Shown here: in pieces, positions 28,284 through 38,189 of the stretch
Layout: each line of letters opens with the position of its first letter
How positions within the stretch are numbered: position 1 is the first letter of the stretch
NCBI GenBank assembly: GCA_016930795.1
Contig: JAFGFY010000057.1
Span: 1-55,942 of the forward strand
Source: Deltaproteobacteria bacterium
GTDB taxonomy: Bacteria; Desulfobacterota; DSM-4660; Desulfatiglandales; HGW-15
Length of the DNA stretch: 55,942 nt
Reading direction: 5' to 3'
The notes under the pieces: model-generated
The model's input: only the letters and a program-made list of their open reading frames with translations
Database searches by the model: none
What the model was told of the DNA's origin: nothing
Position numbers and translations under genes: made by a program

Positions 28284-28521
28284 GTCGTCCTCCTCATTTG
28301 CTCTTCAAAATGGTCATTCTTCAATGCAAAGGAAAAAGAGTCACGGAGACCGATCCCACAGATTTCCACATTCTATGAATGTATCTCAACAATCCGAACT
28401 GCAAAGCCGATTGATATATAGACTACTCGTTCTACTCCTGTCAACTCGTTATGAATTTATTGGTCTGGACACCATACTCAAAGGCCTTCTTCAGCCCGCT
28501 CTTCTTATCCATTTCCCATAT

Positions 28522-28574
28522 ATTGAAGCTCCCCGCGGCAAGCCACGGGGAATGCGCTCGCTGTGCACTTTCAA
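28522..28574. repeat. REP/MITE-like palindromic element, copy A (short form)
   Basis: Reads ...CCCCGCGGCAAGCCACGGGGAATGCGCTCGCTGTGCACTTTCAA. It is inserted in copy 2 of the duplication and absent from the matching site in copy 1. Confidence 0.7.
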
Positions 28575-28666
28575 TCCAACACGCCATCATGTCACCATCA
28601 TATGCGTTGAAGAGTGACCTTTTCATTCAGCAAATCCACACTGACCACTCTTATTACACTGAAATC

Positions 28667-28695
28667 TTGACAAGAATTCCTGTTTTTGATAACCT
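28667..28695 (+). promoter_or_regulatory. sigma70 promoter of exported-protein paralog 2
   Basis: TTGACA-17 nt-TAACCT; -35 and spacer are conserved with 26270..26298. Confidence 0.5.
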
Positions 28696-28762
28696 ATAGA
28701 TAATGCTCGTAAATGGGCATGAGCCTATAACCCAAGAGAAGTGTACGGACGAATCAGAGGAA

Positions 28763-28793
28763 CCTTTTTCTCATATGAGAGATCGGTTTTTTT
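28763..28793 (+). terminator. intrinsic terminator inside the 5' leader of paralog 2
   Basis: CC-UU-UUUCUC-AUAU-GAGAGA-UC-GG hairpin followed by T7, 33 nt upstream of the start codon. Confidence 0.6.
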
Positions 28794-28825
28794 GACCTAA
28801 TCCATATTCAGGAGGGATTGATCAA

Positions 28826-29344
28826 ATGATACGTGCCACAACATGTTTGGGAAGCTTGGTTTTGATCCTTGTGCTTGTATGGGCTCAACCGGCAAAGACC
28901 CTTCAGAATGAACCCAATGATTGCAGGGGCATAGAGTGGGGGGCAGAGTATGACAAGCTCGAAGGCCTTACTAAAGTCACTACTGAGAGTCGTCTCGACT
29001 ATTACACGAAAGAAGATGAGGAAATGACCATCGGTGATGCCCCTCTTGAAAAGGTGGTTTACGTCTTTTATCATAAAAGGTTCTGTGGGGCGGTGCTGAA
29101 TTTCGAATCCTCCCCGAACTTCCAGATCGTTAAGACGACATTGTTTGATTGGTATGGAGAATGCGAACAATCAAAGATAAATGAGGACAGATATAGATGG
29201 TCCGGCACGGATGTCACCATAACCCTTGAATATGATGATGTGACTCAGAAAGGAAAGATCACATACTACTACATGCCCATCCACGAAAAAAAACAAAGAG
29301 CGGATGAAAGACGTAGGAGAATGCCACCCCAAAGGGGAAGCTAA
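28826..29344 (+). CDS. exported protein of unknown family, paralog 2 (172 aa)
   Basis: Signal peptide and GGAGGG RBS. Paralogous to 26430..26912, with an extra basic C-terminal tail. Confidence 0.8.
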   Translation: MIRATTCLGSLVLILVLVWAQPAKTLQNEPNDCRGIEWGAEYDKLEGLTKVTTESRLDYYTKEDEEMTIGDAPLEKVVYVFYHKRFCGAVLNFESSPNFQIVKTTLFDWYGECEQSKINEDRYRWSGTDVTITLEYDDVTQKGKITYYYMPIHEKKQRADERRRRMPPQRGS

Positions 29345-29467
29345 CACACCTCGATAGGCCCATCTACGAACAAAAAGCAGACCAAAGACTTAAAAGGTAG
29401 AAGTCTCTTTCACACTTTCAAAACACTTTTCTGTTATTCTTGGCCTTCAATCATGGCCCGCAAGACG

Positions 29468-29551
29468 GTGAAAATGCACAGCGAGCGAATTACAATAAAA
29501 AGATTGCTCCTTAAATTTGGAAGATTCCCCGTGGGAAGTCACGGGGATCTT
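29468..29551. repeat. REP/MITE-like palindromic element, copy C (inverted orientation)
   Basis: The reverse complement reads AATTTAAGATCCCCGTG-ACTTC-CACGGGGAATCTTCCAAATTTAAGGAGC...TTTATTGTAATTCGCTCGCTGTGCATTTTCAC, matching 42231..42358. Confidence 0.7.
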
Positions 29552-29562
29552 AAATTGCCAAA

Positions 29563-31092
29563 TTAGTAAGCCTTAGCAAAAACGACGCGTTGCTTGCTGG
29601 GTTTACCAGTGAAGATGCAAGTCCCTTCTCCATCTCCGGTGTCAAACGGAATGCACCGGATACTCACCCCATACTTGTTGCTGATCTCCTCCTCCACATC
29701 AGCACTCCCGCACCAGTGCGACATGGCAAAGCCCCCGTGAATCTCCGGTTTGTCCTGATTCCGGGGGGTAAAAAAGGCCTCAAAATCCTCTTTCGAATCA
29801 ATTCGGAAGGTATTCACTTGTTGAAACACCAGAGCTCGATCAAACAGGTTTTTCTGTATCTCTTCGAGCTGATCTACTGCCGTGGAAATAAGTTCGTCCA
29901 AAGACATACTCTTTCGATTTTGGCGACCAAGGTCCCGCCGACCCACAAACACACTATTGGATGCCACATCGCGAGGGCCGACTTCCAAGACCATGGGAAT
30001 CCCCTTTTTAGTCCATTCCCATGCCTTTTCTCCCCCGTGAATGTCCCGTGTGTCGAATTCAACTCGGAGCTTGTTATCTCCATAGGACATTTCTGAAAGG
30101 CGTTTACTGAGTTTTTCACAATACTCCAAGACCTGCGCCCGGGTTTCCGCTTTATGAATAATTGGTAGTATGGCCATATGGGAGGGTGCAACCCTCGGAG
30201 GCATGACCATTCCGTCATCATCACTATGGATCATGATTACGCCACCGATCAAACGGGTGGTGACGCCCCACGATGTGGTCCATGCGTACTCTTCTCTTCC
30301 CTGGTCTGAGAGATACTTAATTTGTGCCGCCTTTGAAAAGTTCTGACCCAAGAAATGGGACGTACCTGCCTGTAATGCCTTTCGGTCCTGCATCATAGCC
30401 TCGATACAATAGGTGGCCTCTGCACCGGGAAACCGCTCTGATTCACTTTTTTCTCCTTTTATCACTGGCATGGCCAGGTAGTTTTCCGCAAAATCGGCGT
30501 AGACGTCGAGCATCCTCATGGTCTCTTCACGTGCTTCATCCTCCGACGCATGGGCCGTATGCCCTTCCTGCCATAGAAACTCTGTTGTTCGAAGGAAGAT
30601 ACGGGGGCGCATCTCCCACCGGACCACATTGGCCCACTGGTTAATGAGAATGGGCAAATCACGGTATGAGTGAACCCAATTCGCGTACATCTCACCGATG
30701 ATGGTCTCAGAGGTGGGACGGACCACTAGCGGCTCTTCGAGACGCGCAGCCGGGGCAGGCCTCAACTTCCCATCCGGCCCAGTTTCAAGCCTGTGATGGG
30801 TAACTACGGCACATTCCTTGGCAAAGCCCTCAACATGTTCCGCCTCTTTCTGTAGATAGCTGAGGGGGATGAATAGGGGGAAATAGGCATTTTTGTGGCC
30901 GGTCTCCTTGATCATGCCATCCAATATCTTTTGAATGTTCTCCCAAAGACTGTATCCCCATGGTTTGATGACCATACAGCCCCTCACAGGAGAGCTCTGG
31001 GCCAGATCTGCCGCCTTTATGATCTGTTGATACCATTCGGGATAGTCTTCTTCACGAGTTGGTGTAATCGCGTTTTTCGTCTTCTTCATCAT
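29563..31092 (-). CDS. proS: proline--tRNA ligase (archaeal/eukaryote-like short type)
   Basis: Start chosen at ATG 31092 (AGGAG 9 nt upstream) rather than the track start at 31188. N-terminus MMKKTKNAITPTREEDYPEWYQQIIKAADLA; class II motifs; C-terminal FAKAY. Confidence 0.92.
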   Translation of the reverse strand: MMKKTKNAITPTREEDYPEWYQQIIKAADLAQSSPVRGCMVIKPWGYSLWENIQKILDGMIKETGHKNAYFPLFIPLSYLQKEAEHVEGFAKECAVVTHHRLETGPDGKLRPAPAARLEEPLVVRPTSETIIGEMYANWVHSYRDLPILINQWANVVRWEMRPRIFLRTTEFLWQEGHTAHASEDEAREETMRMLDVYADFAENYLAMPVIKGEKSESERFPGAEATYCIEAMMQDRKALQAGTSHFLGQNFSKAAQIKYLSDQGREEYAWTTSWGVTTRLIGGVIMIHSDDDGMVMPPRVAPSHMAILPIIHKAETRAQVLEYCEKLSKRLSEMSYGDNKLRVEFDTRDIHGGEKAWEWTKKGIPMVLEVGPRDVASNSVFVGRRDLGRQNRKSMSLDELISTAVDQLEEIQKNLFDRALVFQQVNTFRIDSKEDFEAFFTPRNQDKPEIHGGFAMSHWCGSADVEEEISNKYGVSIRCIPFDTGDGEGTCIFTGKPSKQRVVFAKAY

Positions 31093-31395
31093 GGTGTCTT
31101 GCTCCTGATAATCTAGTATATAGGCCTTGGATCCATATGCCCTGATAAAGGCTCGGCCCTTTGTGAAAAAGCAGCCGAGGTAAATCATCCTCGGCTGTTC
31201 TTGTATTAGTAACGCCTTTTTCTCTCTTCCTCAACGATTTTTTCGCAGCCGTTCTCCTGCGTGAAGCTCTGCAGGCCATCCTCGGGGCTGTTTCGCAGGA
31301 ATCGCTCCCACAGTGCTCGTACCGGCTCTTGGCATCGACCAACGAAAAAGTTGAACGTCTGCTTGTCAAGGCCTTTTTCCAGCGATAGGAGAATG

Positions 31396-32010
31396 TCAAT
31401 ATATCATAATATCTTCAAGCTCGCGCCTTTTTCTTGCTTGAGGGGATTCTGCCGGAAAGCCAATGGGAAGCAGCGCCACCACATAGATATTATCATCCCA
31501 TCCGAATATATCCCTGATTTTTGACTCATCGATCAAGCGAACCCAACAGGTCCCGAGCCCGAAATCGAGAGCCCGTAGGACCATATGCTCAATAGCGATT
31601 GCCACGTTTGCCGCGATACGAGAACCCAGGTTATTCGTCCCAAGGGTCCTTAGGATCTCGGTCTTGTCCCTTATGGTTCTGACAACCTTCTCCTCAACAG
31701 CTCCGATCTCTCCCAGATCCTGCGCACCGGAGGAGCTTCCATCAATATAACCTTGAATATCGGCACAGCAGACCATAACAACAGGGGCCTCCGTGATAAA
31801 TAGCTGTTTGTAGGCTGCCTGAGCCAATTGTGCCTTGAGTTCAGGCTCTTTGACGATTTTGAACCTCCATGGTTGGGCATTACAACCCGAGGGAGCGAGC
31901 CTGGCCGCATGAAGCAGTTCCGTGACAAACTCATCAGGAATTGGATCGGTTTTGTATTTCCGTATGCTCCTCCTTTTTTCTATGGCTTCTTTGGTTGTTA
32001 ACATACCCAT
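31396..32010 (-). CDS. nitroreductase family protein
   Basis: RRSIRKYK...APSGCNAQPWRF signature. Confidence 0.85.
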   Translation of the reverse strand: MGMLTTKEAIEKRRSIRKYKTDPIPDEFVTELLHAARLAPSGCNAQPWRFKIVKEPELKAQLAQAAYKQLFITEAPVVMVCCADIQGYIDGSSSGAQDLGEIGAVEEKVVRTIRDKTEILRTLGTNNLGSRIAANVAIAIEHMVLRALDFGLGTCWVRLIDESKIRDIFGWDDNIYVVALLPIGFPAESPQARKRRELEDIMIY

Positions 32011-32083
32011 GCATTCCTAACACTGTTCGCACCGTCCTAAGGCTAAAAGGATAGAGATCAATCTTCGGGGTTGATCGGAATCC

Positions 32084-32290
32084 TCACATATTTTGCTTAA
32101 AAACCCATAGGACTACTCGAACAACATCCACAAAGAGTATGGTCACCAATACTCCCGCAATCAACATGACATAATTGATTTCAACCCCCAAAACCCTATA
32201 GAAGGAATACCAAAAAACAAGCCCTCCGATGGATATCCAACCATGCCTGACACTCTCCTCTCTTATTCTCTTCTTATGGGCTTCATCCAC
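32084..32290 (-). CDS. small two-TM membrane protein (68 aa), hypothetical
   Basis: Co-directional and immediately downstream of the cytidylate-kinase-like gene, with two hydrophobic segments. No strong RBS was checked. Confidence 0.4.
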   Translation of the reverse strand: MDEAHKKRIREESVRHGWISIGGLVFWYSFYRVLGVEINYVMLIAGVLVTILFVDVVRVVLWVFKQNM

Positions 32291-32337
32291 TTTATATTCT
32301 CAACTTTCCATCCATAGCCATGCATCTGGTATTTTTT

Positions 32338-32949
32338 TCACGAAACAAGGTTGATTACCAGCTCTTCAGCTTTCTGCAAACCAACTTGGGTCGTATTGAT
32401 GACCAGGTCATAATATATAGGATTATCATGGAATTCATGCCCCGAAAATAGGCGTAAGACCCGGGCACGCTGATCTTCCATCCGTTTAATCATAGCCTTG
32501 GCCTTATCTTCCGTCAGTTTGTGGGTGTCCATGATTAAACGAATTCTACTCTTCATGTCTGCTACGAGGAGAACATGATGGGTGTTGGAATAACCCTTAA
32601 GAATATATTGACCGCCCCTGCCTATGATGATGACATTTCCCTTTTCATGAAGCTCCTCGAAAATGCCACGGACTATCTCCACATAACCCTTTTCATCCAA
32701 ATGCCCGTGCCTTTCAGAGACAAAACGATCCACGGACTCTGTAGAGACCAGTCTGTCAAGGAACTTTATCAATTTATTGGTCCCGGATTTTTCAAATACA
32801 CGCACGCGTCCTGATGAGATCTTTCCCTTTTTCGCCACTTCCTGGATCATTCCTTCATTGACATAACGATACCCGAGCCTTTTAGCCAGTCTTTCGCCCA
32901 GTAACCAACCTCCGGCCCCGAACTGTCTTGATATGGTTATAATCGCCAT
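32338..32949 (-). CDS. cytidylate kinase-like family P-loop protein
   Basis: MAIITISRQFGAGG...LAKRLGYRY N-terminus, typical of that family. Confidence 0.75.
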   Translation of the reverse strand: MAIITISRQFGAGGWLLGERLAKRLGYRYVNEGMIQEVAKKGKISSGRVRVFEKSGTNKLIKFLDRLVSTESVDRFVSERHGHLDEKGYVEIVRGIFEELHEKGNVIIIGRGGQYILKGYSNTHHVLLVADMKSRIRLIMDTHKLTEDKAKAMIKRMEDQRARVLRLFSGHEFHDNPIYYDLVINTTQVGLQKAEELVINLVS

Positions 32950-33102
32950 GTCTTACCTCCTATTCCATCATAGAATACACAGTAAAGGAAAAAAACGACA
33001 AAACTCAAAAAAGCCTTGGGAATGGTGAAGCCATGAAAAAGATATGAGAGATCAACCTCAACCCTGGGTCAAGTCGTCCACAGTCCGCATGCGAGGAGGA
33101 AT

Positions 33103-33138
33103 AGAAAAACCCCAGTTCTTCTTTCAAGAAATGGGGTT
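33103..33138 (-). terminator. candidate terminator downstream of the TolC-like gene
   Basis: On the minus strand, AACCCCA-16 nt-TGGGGTT followed by TTTTTC, about 125 nt after the stop. Confidence 0.45.
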
Positions 33139-33263
33139 CTTGGAATTCAGTTCATGTCGCCCTCGTGATTACGGGTTCATATTCATTGAAAACATTAATA
33201 CAATTTACCCGATCCAGAGCCTTGTGTCAAACTTAACGCCATAATCTTTTTTTTACCCTTTAT

Positions 33264-34637
33264 TTAATATTCTCCCATGGCCCGTAATAGGCGTGCTTTG
33301 GACAAGTTGTGCTCATAAAAGGCCTGGAAATAATTGAGCCTTGCCCGGCTCAAGCGGGTCTGAGCATCTAACACTTCCGTAATGGTCGTCACCTGGGCCT
33401 TATACCTCTCCTCACTGACCCGCAGATTCTCCTCACCTTGCTCAACCGCCTTTTGTGTGGTGGGAATGTTTTTTTCCGCGGTTTCCAGATCCATCAAAGC
33501 CGTCTTCAGCTCGAGGTTTATGGAATCCTCTAAGGCGCGCTTGTTCTCCAATAGCTCTCTCTTGAGGCTTTCCTTCTCTCTGACAGAGGAACGGGTCCTG
33601 CTCCACCCCAACTCCGACAAGTTCCAAGAAAGGTCGATCCCGGCCCTGAAATCATGGGACTTGTGATATTCCGATTCTTGAGTGGAAACGTTCCCTTCAT
33701 ATTCGTAAGGAAATCTAAGAACGCTCCCTCCGACATCGTAATCATCTCCCATCTTGGTGTATTGGGCTGAGAGAGAAACCGTCGGGAAATATCCACTCTT
33801 GGCCAATCGGATCTGTTGATCAGCCTGGAGAATGGCAATTTCAAGGGACTTTATCTCCGGTCGTTCTTTCAGGGCCTGCTTCAAATAGTCTTCAAATTTC
33901 CCGATTTCCGGTTTATAATCCAAAATATCTTCCACATCCACCGGGGCATTGACCTCCCTCGCCAAAATCACATTAAAGGCCGACCGAGCCACCCGCGCGC
34001 CGTTCTGGACTTTCACCAGATACTGCTGGGCATCGGCCCATTCCACTTCGGCCTGCAAAAGATCATTCACCGGAATCATGCCCACCTCGTAGAAGTTACG
34101 CGCCACATCCGCATTGGATTTTCTGGATGCCACATCTTTTTCCGCTACCTCCACGGCCCTATCCGCTATGAGAATATTGAAATAGGCCTCTTTTACACGT
34201 AACGCGAGATCCAGTTTCTCTAAGGCAACCTCCACTTCGGCCAGGTCAATCCCGAGTTTCGTAAGCTCATAAGAACTGATTGTGGCGAACCCGGTAAACA
34301 CCGGAACACTCGCACTTGTTACCCACTGATACGTATCGTGGAATCCAGAAAATTCGATATAAGCGTAATTCATATCAATATCTCTATTGTATGTATAGCC
34401 ATACCTGGTGTTCAGAGACGGCAGAAACTCGGCTCTAGTCTGGTTTTTCACGGCCGTGGCTTGGCTCACGCCTTCCTTCTTGGCCTTAAGCGACCAATTC
34501 TTGTCCAAGGCCATGTCAATACTTTCACTCAATGTGAAGAACTCTTTCTCTTCTTGCGCGAATAGAGGACTTCGCATCATTCCAGTTAATAAAAAAACGT
34601 CGACGCTGAACAAAACGATCCATTTTATACATCTCAT
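33264..34637 (-). CDS. TolC-family outer-membrane efflux protein
   Basis: 457 aa with a signal peptide. Duplicated coiled-coil/beta-barrel repeat pattern (ALDKNWSLKA..., LPSLN..Y.Y, ARLNYFQAFYEHNLSKARLLRAMG). Confidence 0.9.
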   Translation of the reverse strand: MRCIKWIVLFSVDVFLLTGMMRSPLFAQEEKEFFTLSESIDMALDKNWSLKAKKEGVSQATAVKNQTRAEFLPSLNTRYGYTYNRDIDMNYAYIEFSGFHDTYQWVTSASVPVFTGFATISSYELTKLGIDLAEVEVALEKLDLALRVKEAYFNILIADRAVEVAEKDVASRKSNADVARNFYEVGMIPVNDLLQAEVEWADAQQYLVKVQNGARVARSAFNVILAREVNAPVDVEDILDYKPEIGKFEDYLKQALKERPEIKSLEIAILQADQQIRLAKSGYFPTVSLSAQYTKMGDDYDVGGSVLRFPYEYEGNVSTQESEYHKSHDFRAGIDLSWNLSELGWSRTRSSVREKESLKRELLENKRALEDSINLELKTALMDLETAEKNIPTTQKAVEQGEENLRVSEERYKAQVTTITEVLDAQTRLSRARLNYFQAFYEHNLSKARLLRAMGEY

Positions 34638-34941
34638 TTTGGATTCCTCCCCTTCACTCGTACTGATCCGACCATTTACTGATTATAGATTCTCAACTCC
34701 TGGCCACGACTTATGATGATCCTTTAATCACACTTCTACAGCTTTCCTTATATTATGTCTTAAGCCGAATATAGTGTTTCCGTTGCACAACACGTGACTG
34801 CTTCTGACTCTATGCCCATTCTCCATGGAAATGCCCTTGTTCAAACCCACCATGCAATCCGAAATCGACCGGAAAGACAGGGGTATAGACACAGACAATG
34901 GGTTGTTTCTTTGTCTTTCCTACTCTATTTCATGGGCAATA

Positions 34942-35676
34942 TCAAGTTCGACTATCCCGGGTGATCAGACCGTCCCTGATCTCCACCTGACGCGGGGCAC
35001 GGCGTGCCAATGCCGGATCATGCGTGATCACAAGGACCGTGCGCCCCTGTTCCCACAGCTCCTGAAAGAGATCCATAATGTCGCTGCCTGAACTGGTGTC
35101 AAGGTTACCGGTCGGCTCGTCAGCAAGGATGATGTCGGGGTCCATGGCCAGGGCGCGGGCCGTGGCCACTCGCTGCATCTGTCCTCCCGAGAGTTCGGTG
35201 GGCTTATGGTCCATTCGATCGGAGAGACCCACCCGATTAAAAAGCTCATAGACCCTCTCGCGACGCTTTTGACGGGGTAGGCCGCTGAAGAGAAGAGGCA
35301 TTTCAACGTTTTCATAGGCAGAGATCTGTGGAAGCAGGTTGAAATTCTGGAAGATGAAGCCCACCCGACGGTTGCGGATTCCTGCCAGTTCCTCCCTGCT
35401 TAAACCTGCGACCGATTCGCCTCGCAGAAGGTAGCTCCCTGATGTGGGCGTGTCCAGGCACCCAATGAGGTTCATCAGGGTGCTCTTGCCGGATCCAGAG
35501 GGGCCGGTTATGGCCACCATGTCCCCATCCCGGACCTCTAGGTCAATACCCTTGAGGGCCTCCACTTTTATCTTGCCGGTAACGTAGACCCTGGTCAAGC
35601 CTTTCAGGTCGATCACATTGCCATTCTCTACACTAGAATAACGCTTCTTTGAATTGAAAAATCCGTCTAAAAACAT
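34942..35676 (-). CDS. ABC transporter ATP-binding protein (MacB/LolD type)
   Basis: Start chosen at ATG 35676 (GAGGGAG RBS, 8 nt after the upstream stop). Walker [15 protein letters not shown], Walker [12 protein letters not shown]. Confidence 0.92.
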   Translation of the reverse strand: MFLDGFFNSKKRYSSVENGNVIDLKGLTRVYVTGKIKVEALKGIDLEVRDGDMVAITGPSGSGKSTLMNLIGCLDTPTSGSYLLRGESVAGLSREELAGIRNRRVGFIFQNFNLLPQISAYENVEMPLLFSGLPRQKRRERVYELFNRVGLSDRMDHKPTELSGGQMQRVATARALAMDPDIILADEPTGNLDTSSGSDIMDLFQELWEQGRTVLVITHDPALARRAPRQVEIRDGLITRDSRT

Positions 35677-35683
35677 ATCTCCC

Positions 35684-36943
35684 TCATTCGTAGCGGAGTG
35701 TCTCCGCAGGATTAATGGATGCGGCACGCCTCGCAGGAAAAAATCCAGCCATAAATCCTATAAGACCCAGGATAGCCGCTGATGCCATCCCGATAGATAA
35801 AGATAATGTTGGTTTACCCAACAATTCCAAAGCTTCGTTTCCTTCTGTTGGCAATTGGCCTAAAAGGATGACGGCAACCACAGCCATGATCAGACCGACT
35901 GCCCCCCCTAATAATGCATAGAGCAGAGATTCGAGAACAATAGGACCGGTGATCCAGCGCCGGCGCGCACCAAGGGCCATCTTTACACCAATCTCTCTGG
36001 TGCGTTCCTTGATTACGGCGTACATGATATTGGCGACGCCAATGCCTCCGATTATCAGGGTCAGGGCGCCGATAATTCCCAGGAAGAGCTGTATGCCTAT
36101 CAGAGTATTGGTCATATCCCTGAATGAATCAACGGTGTCCCAGATTCCAAATACCCGTTCGTCTTTTGGATCAAATCCGTACTTAACCCCCAGTATTTTA
36201 TGCAGTTCCTCAAGTACTAGGCCCATCTGTTGGGGTTGATCCGGTTTAACGACGATCATGCCTAATTGATCAGTACCAAACTGGGCCTTGAATGTGGTGA
36301 TGGGAATAGTGATATGATCTTCGTCCATTCCGCCGTAGGCACTTATCTGAACCTTATGCATCATGACACCGATAACAGTATAGGGAACAGTGTCAAGGAG
36401 AATAGGTTCTCCCACCGGGTCCTCTTCGCCGAAAAGTTCTTTCGCGACTTTATCTCCAAGAAAAGCTACCCGGCGCCGCAATTTCTCATCCAGTGGATTG
36501 ATAAATCTTCCTCCCGGGGCCGGAATATGGTTTCGTATCCTGCCATAGCCATAGGTTACGCCTTTGACACGTACAGTATTGGTGTTATCATCATTATTTG
36601 CAGTTACACCTGATCTGTGTATCTCACCGGTTACCTCATCAAGATTGGGAATTCGTTCCCTGAGGAGAGGTATGTCTTCGATGCGGGGAAGTATCGGCCG
36701 TCCCGCCGGCAGGCCCTGCCATGTCAGGCTTGTGGTGCCTGGCCATAATATGGCTAGATCACGACCCATACCGAATGTTCCGGTCGTTACTGAAATTCTA
36801 AGGCCTTCACCAAAGGCAAGAAGAAGGAGTAGAGAAAAAGAGCCCCATGCAATGGAGGCCACGGTCAGGACTGCTCTTTTTTTCTGAACACGGCTTGCTC
36901 TTAGAAGAAGTTGAAATATGAGGCCTGGTCTTGGTTTATGCAT
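35684..36943 (-). CDS. ABC transporter permease, MacB/FtsX type (periplasmic domain plus FtsX-like 4-TM)
   Basis: 419 aa; ERTREIGVKMALGARR motif. Confidence 0.9.
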   Translation of the reverse strand: MHKPRPGLIFQLLLRASRVQKKRAVLTVASIAWGSFSLLLLLAFGEGLRISVTTGTFGMGRDLAILWPGTTSLTWQGLPAGRPILPRIEDIPLLRERIPNLDEVTGEIHRSGVTANNDDNTNTVRVKGVTYGYGRIRNHIPAPGGRFINPLDEKLRRRVAFLGDKVAKELFGEEDPVGEPILLDTVPYTVIGVMMHKVQISAYGGMDEDHITIPITTFKAQFGTDQLGMIVVKPDQPQQMGLVLEELHKILGVKYGFDPKDERVFGIWDTVDSFRDMTNTLIGIQLFLGIIGALTLIIGGIGVANIMYAVIKERTREIGVKMALGARRRWITGPIVLESLLYALLGGAVGLIMAVVAVILLGQLPTEGNEALELLGKPTLSLSIGMASAAILGLIGFMAGFFPARRAASINPAETLRYE

Positions 36944-36953
36944 TATTGCATCC

Positions 36954-38177
36954 TCACATCTTCATCGCTACCACAGGATCCAGGTTGGCTGCGGTTCGAG
37001 CGGGAAAATAACCCGAGATAAAACCGATTATACCAAGCATAACTGCAGTTGCCGTGGCTGCTCCCGTTGATATATTAGGATCACCAACATACTCGGTAAG
37101 ATTTAAAACTGGAAAAACTGTACAGATTCCCAGGGTAATAAGAATGCCTATGCTCCCTCCAACAATTGTGAGGGCAAGGGTTTCCAGTAAAAACTTGCCA
37201 AGTATGATCCGCGGTTTTGCCCCAAGGGCCATTTTAATTCCGATTTCACGGGTTCGCTCTTCAACCACAACATTCATGATATTGGAAATGCCTATTCCCC
37301 CAACAACAAGGGTCAAACATCCGATCGCTCCTAGAAAAATCTTGAATGCAAGCATGAAGGTCTGGAAGAACTTGGCACTATCGGATGTGTCCCAAAAACT
37401 GATTGCTTCATCATCCGTGGGATCAAACCGGTGCTGCGCAGCCATTATTCGCAGTACATCCTTAATCAATCCCTTGGTCTTCTCTATATCGCTGGCTGTA
37501 AAAACAAAGTCGCTGATAAATTTCTGTCCGGTCATCATCTTAAATGTTGATGAAGGTATAAACACTCTGCCATTGTCTTGACCGGTATAACTGGAGTTTT
37601 GCGTTTTTTTAATGAGCACTCCTATTATTGTAAAAGGTGAGCCCTGAAGTTTTATAATCTGTCCCACGGGTGTAACATCGCCAAAGACCTGACCGGCCAA
37701 TTCATCCCCTAAAAAAGCTACCCTCCTTCTTTTTTGCTGATCCACAGGGTTGATGAAGCGACTGCCTTCTGCGGGAATAAGGTTGCGAATTTCACCGAAG
37801 TCGGGCTCCACACCTGATACAGATACGGAAAGGACTTTGGCACCATACTGAAGTTTGAAACCTTCCATGTATTCACTAGATATGGCACCCAGTCCGTAGG
37901 CTTTATTCCGGAGAAGTTCAATATCATCGTCGTCCATTTGTATCCGACGTGCCTTTCCTAATCCTTCAAAAGGTATGGAGGTTCGTGATGGCCAACCAAT
38001 AACCACGTTATTGCCCATACCCGCGTTGCTTTTTGCAAGTTGACTATGAAGTCCATCACCAAAAGCCAATAATAGACTTACTGCAGTGGTACCCCATATC
38101 ATGCCGAAAAGGGTGAGTAGAGTTCGAAGTTTTTGACTGCGTGTATCGCGAATGAGTTGACGAATCGTATTGACCAT
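36954..38177 (-). CDS. ABC transporter permease, MacB/FtsX type (second, paralogous)
   Basis: 407 aa; ERTREIGIKMALGAKP motif. Confidence 0.9.
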   Translation of the reverse strand: MVNTIRQLIRDTRSQKLRTLLTLFGMIWGTTAVSLLLAFGDGLHSQLAKSNAGMGNNVVIGWPSRTSIPFEGLGKARRIQMDDDDIELLRNKAYGLGAISSEYMEGFKLQYGAKVLSVSVSGVEPDFGEIRNLIPAEGSRFINPVDQQKRRRVAFLGDELAGQVFGDVTPVGQIIKLQGSPFTIIGVLIKKTQNSSYTGQDNGRVFIPSSTFKMMTGQKFISDFVFTASDIEKTKGLIKDVLRIMAAQHRFDPTDDEAISFWDTSDSAKFFQTFMLAFKIFLGAIGCLTLVVGGIGISNIMNVVVEERTREIGIKMALGAKPRIILGKFLLETLALTIVGGSIGILITLGICTVFPVLNLTEYVGDPNISTGAATATAVMLGIIGFISGYFPARTAANLDPVVAMKM

Positions 38178-38189
38178 AGCAGGTGAATC

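Noticed and set aside
25979-29562. tRNA-Leu-adjacent patch as an integrated mobile element or genomic island.
   Set aside because: There is no integrase, recombinase, transposase or phage gene, and no direct repeat of the tRNA 3' end. It is reported only as a duplicated accessory patch.
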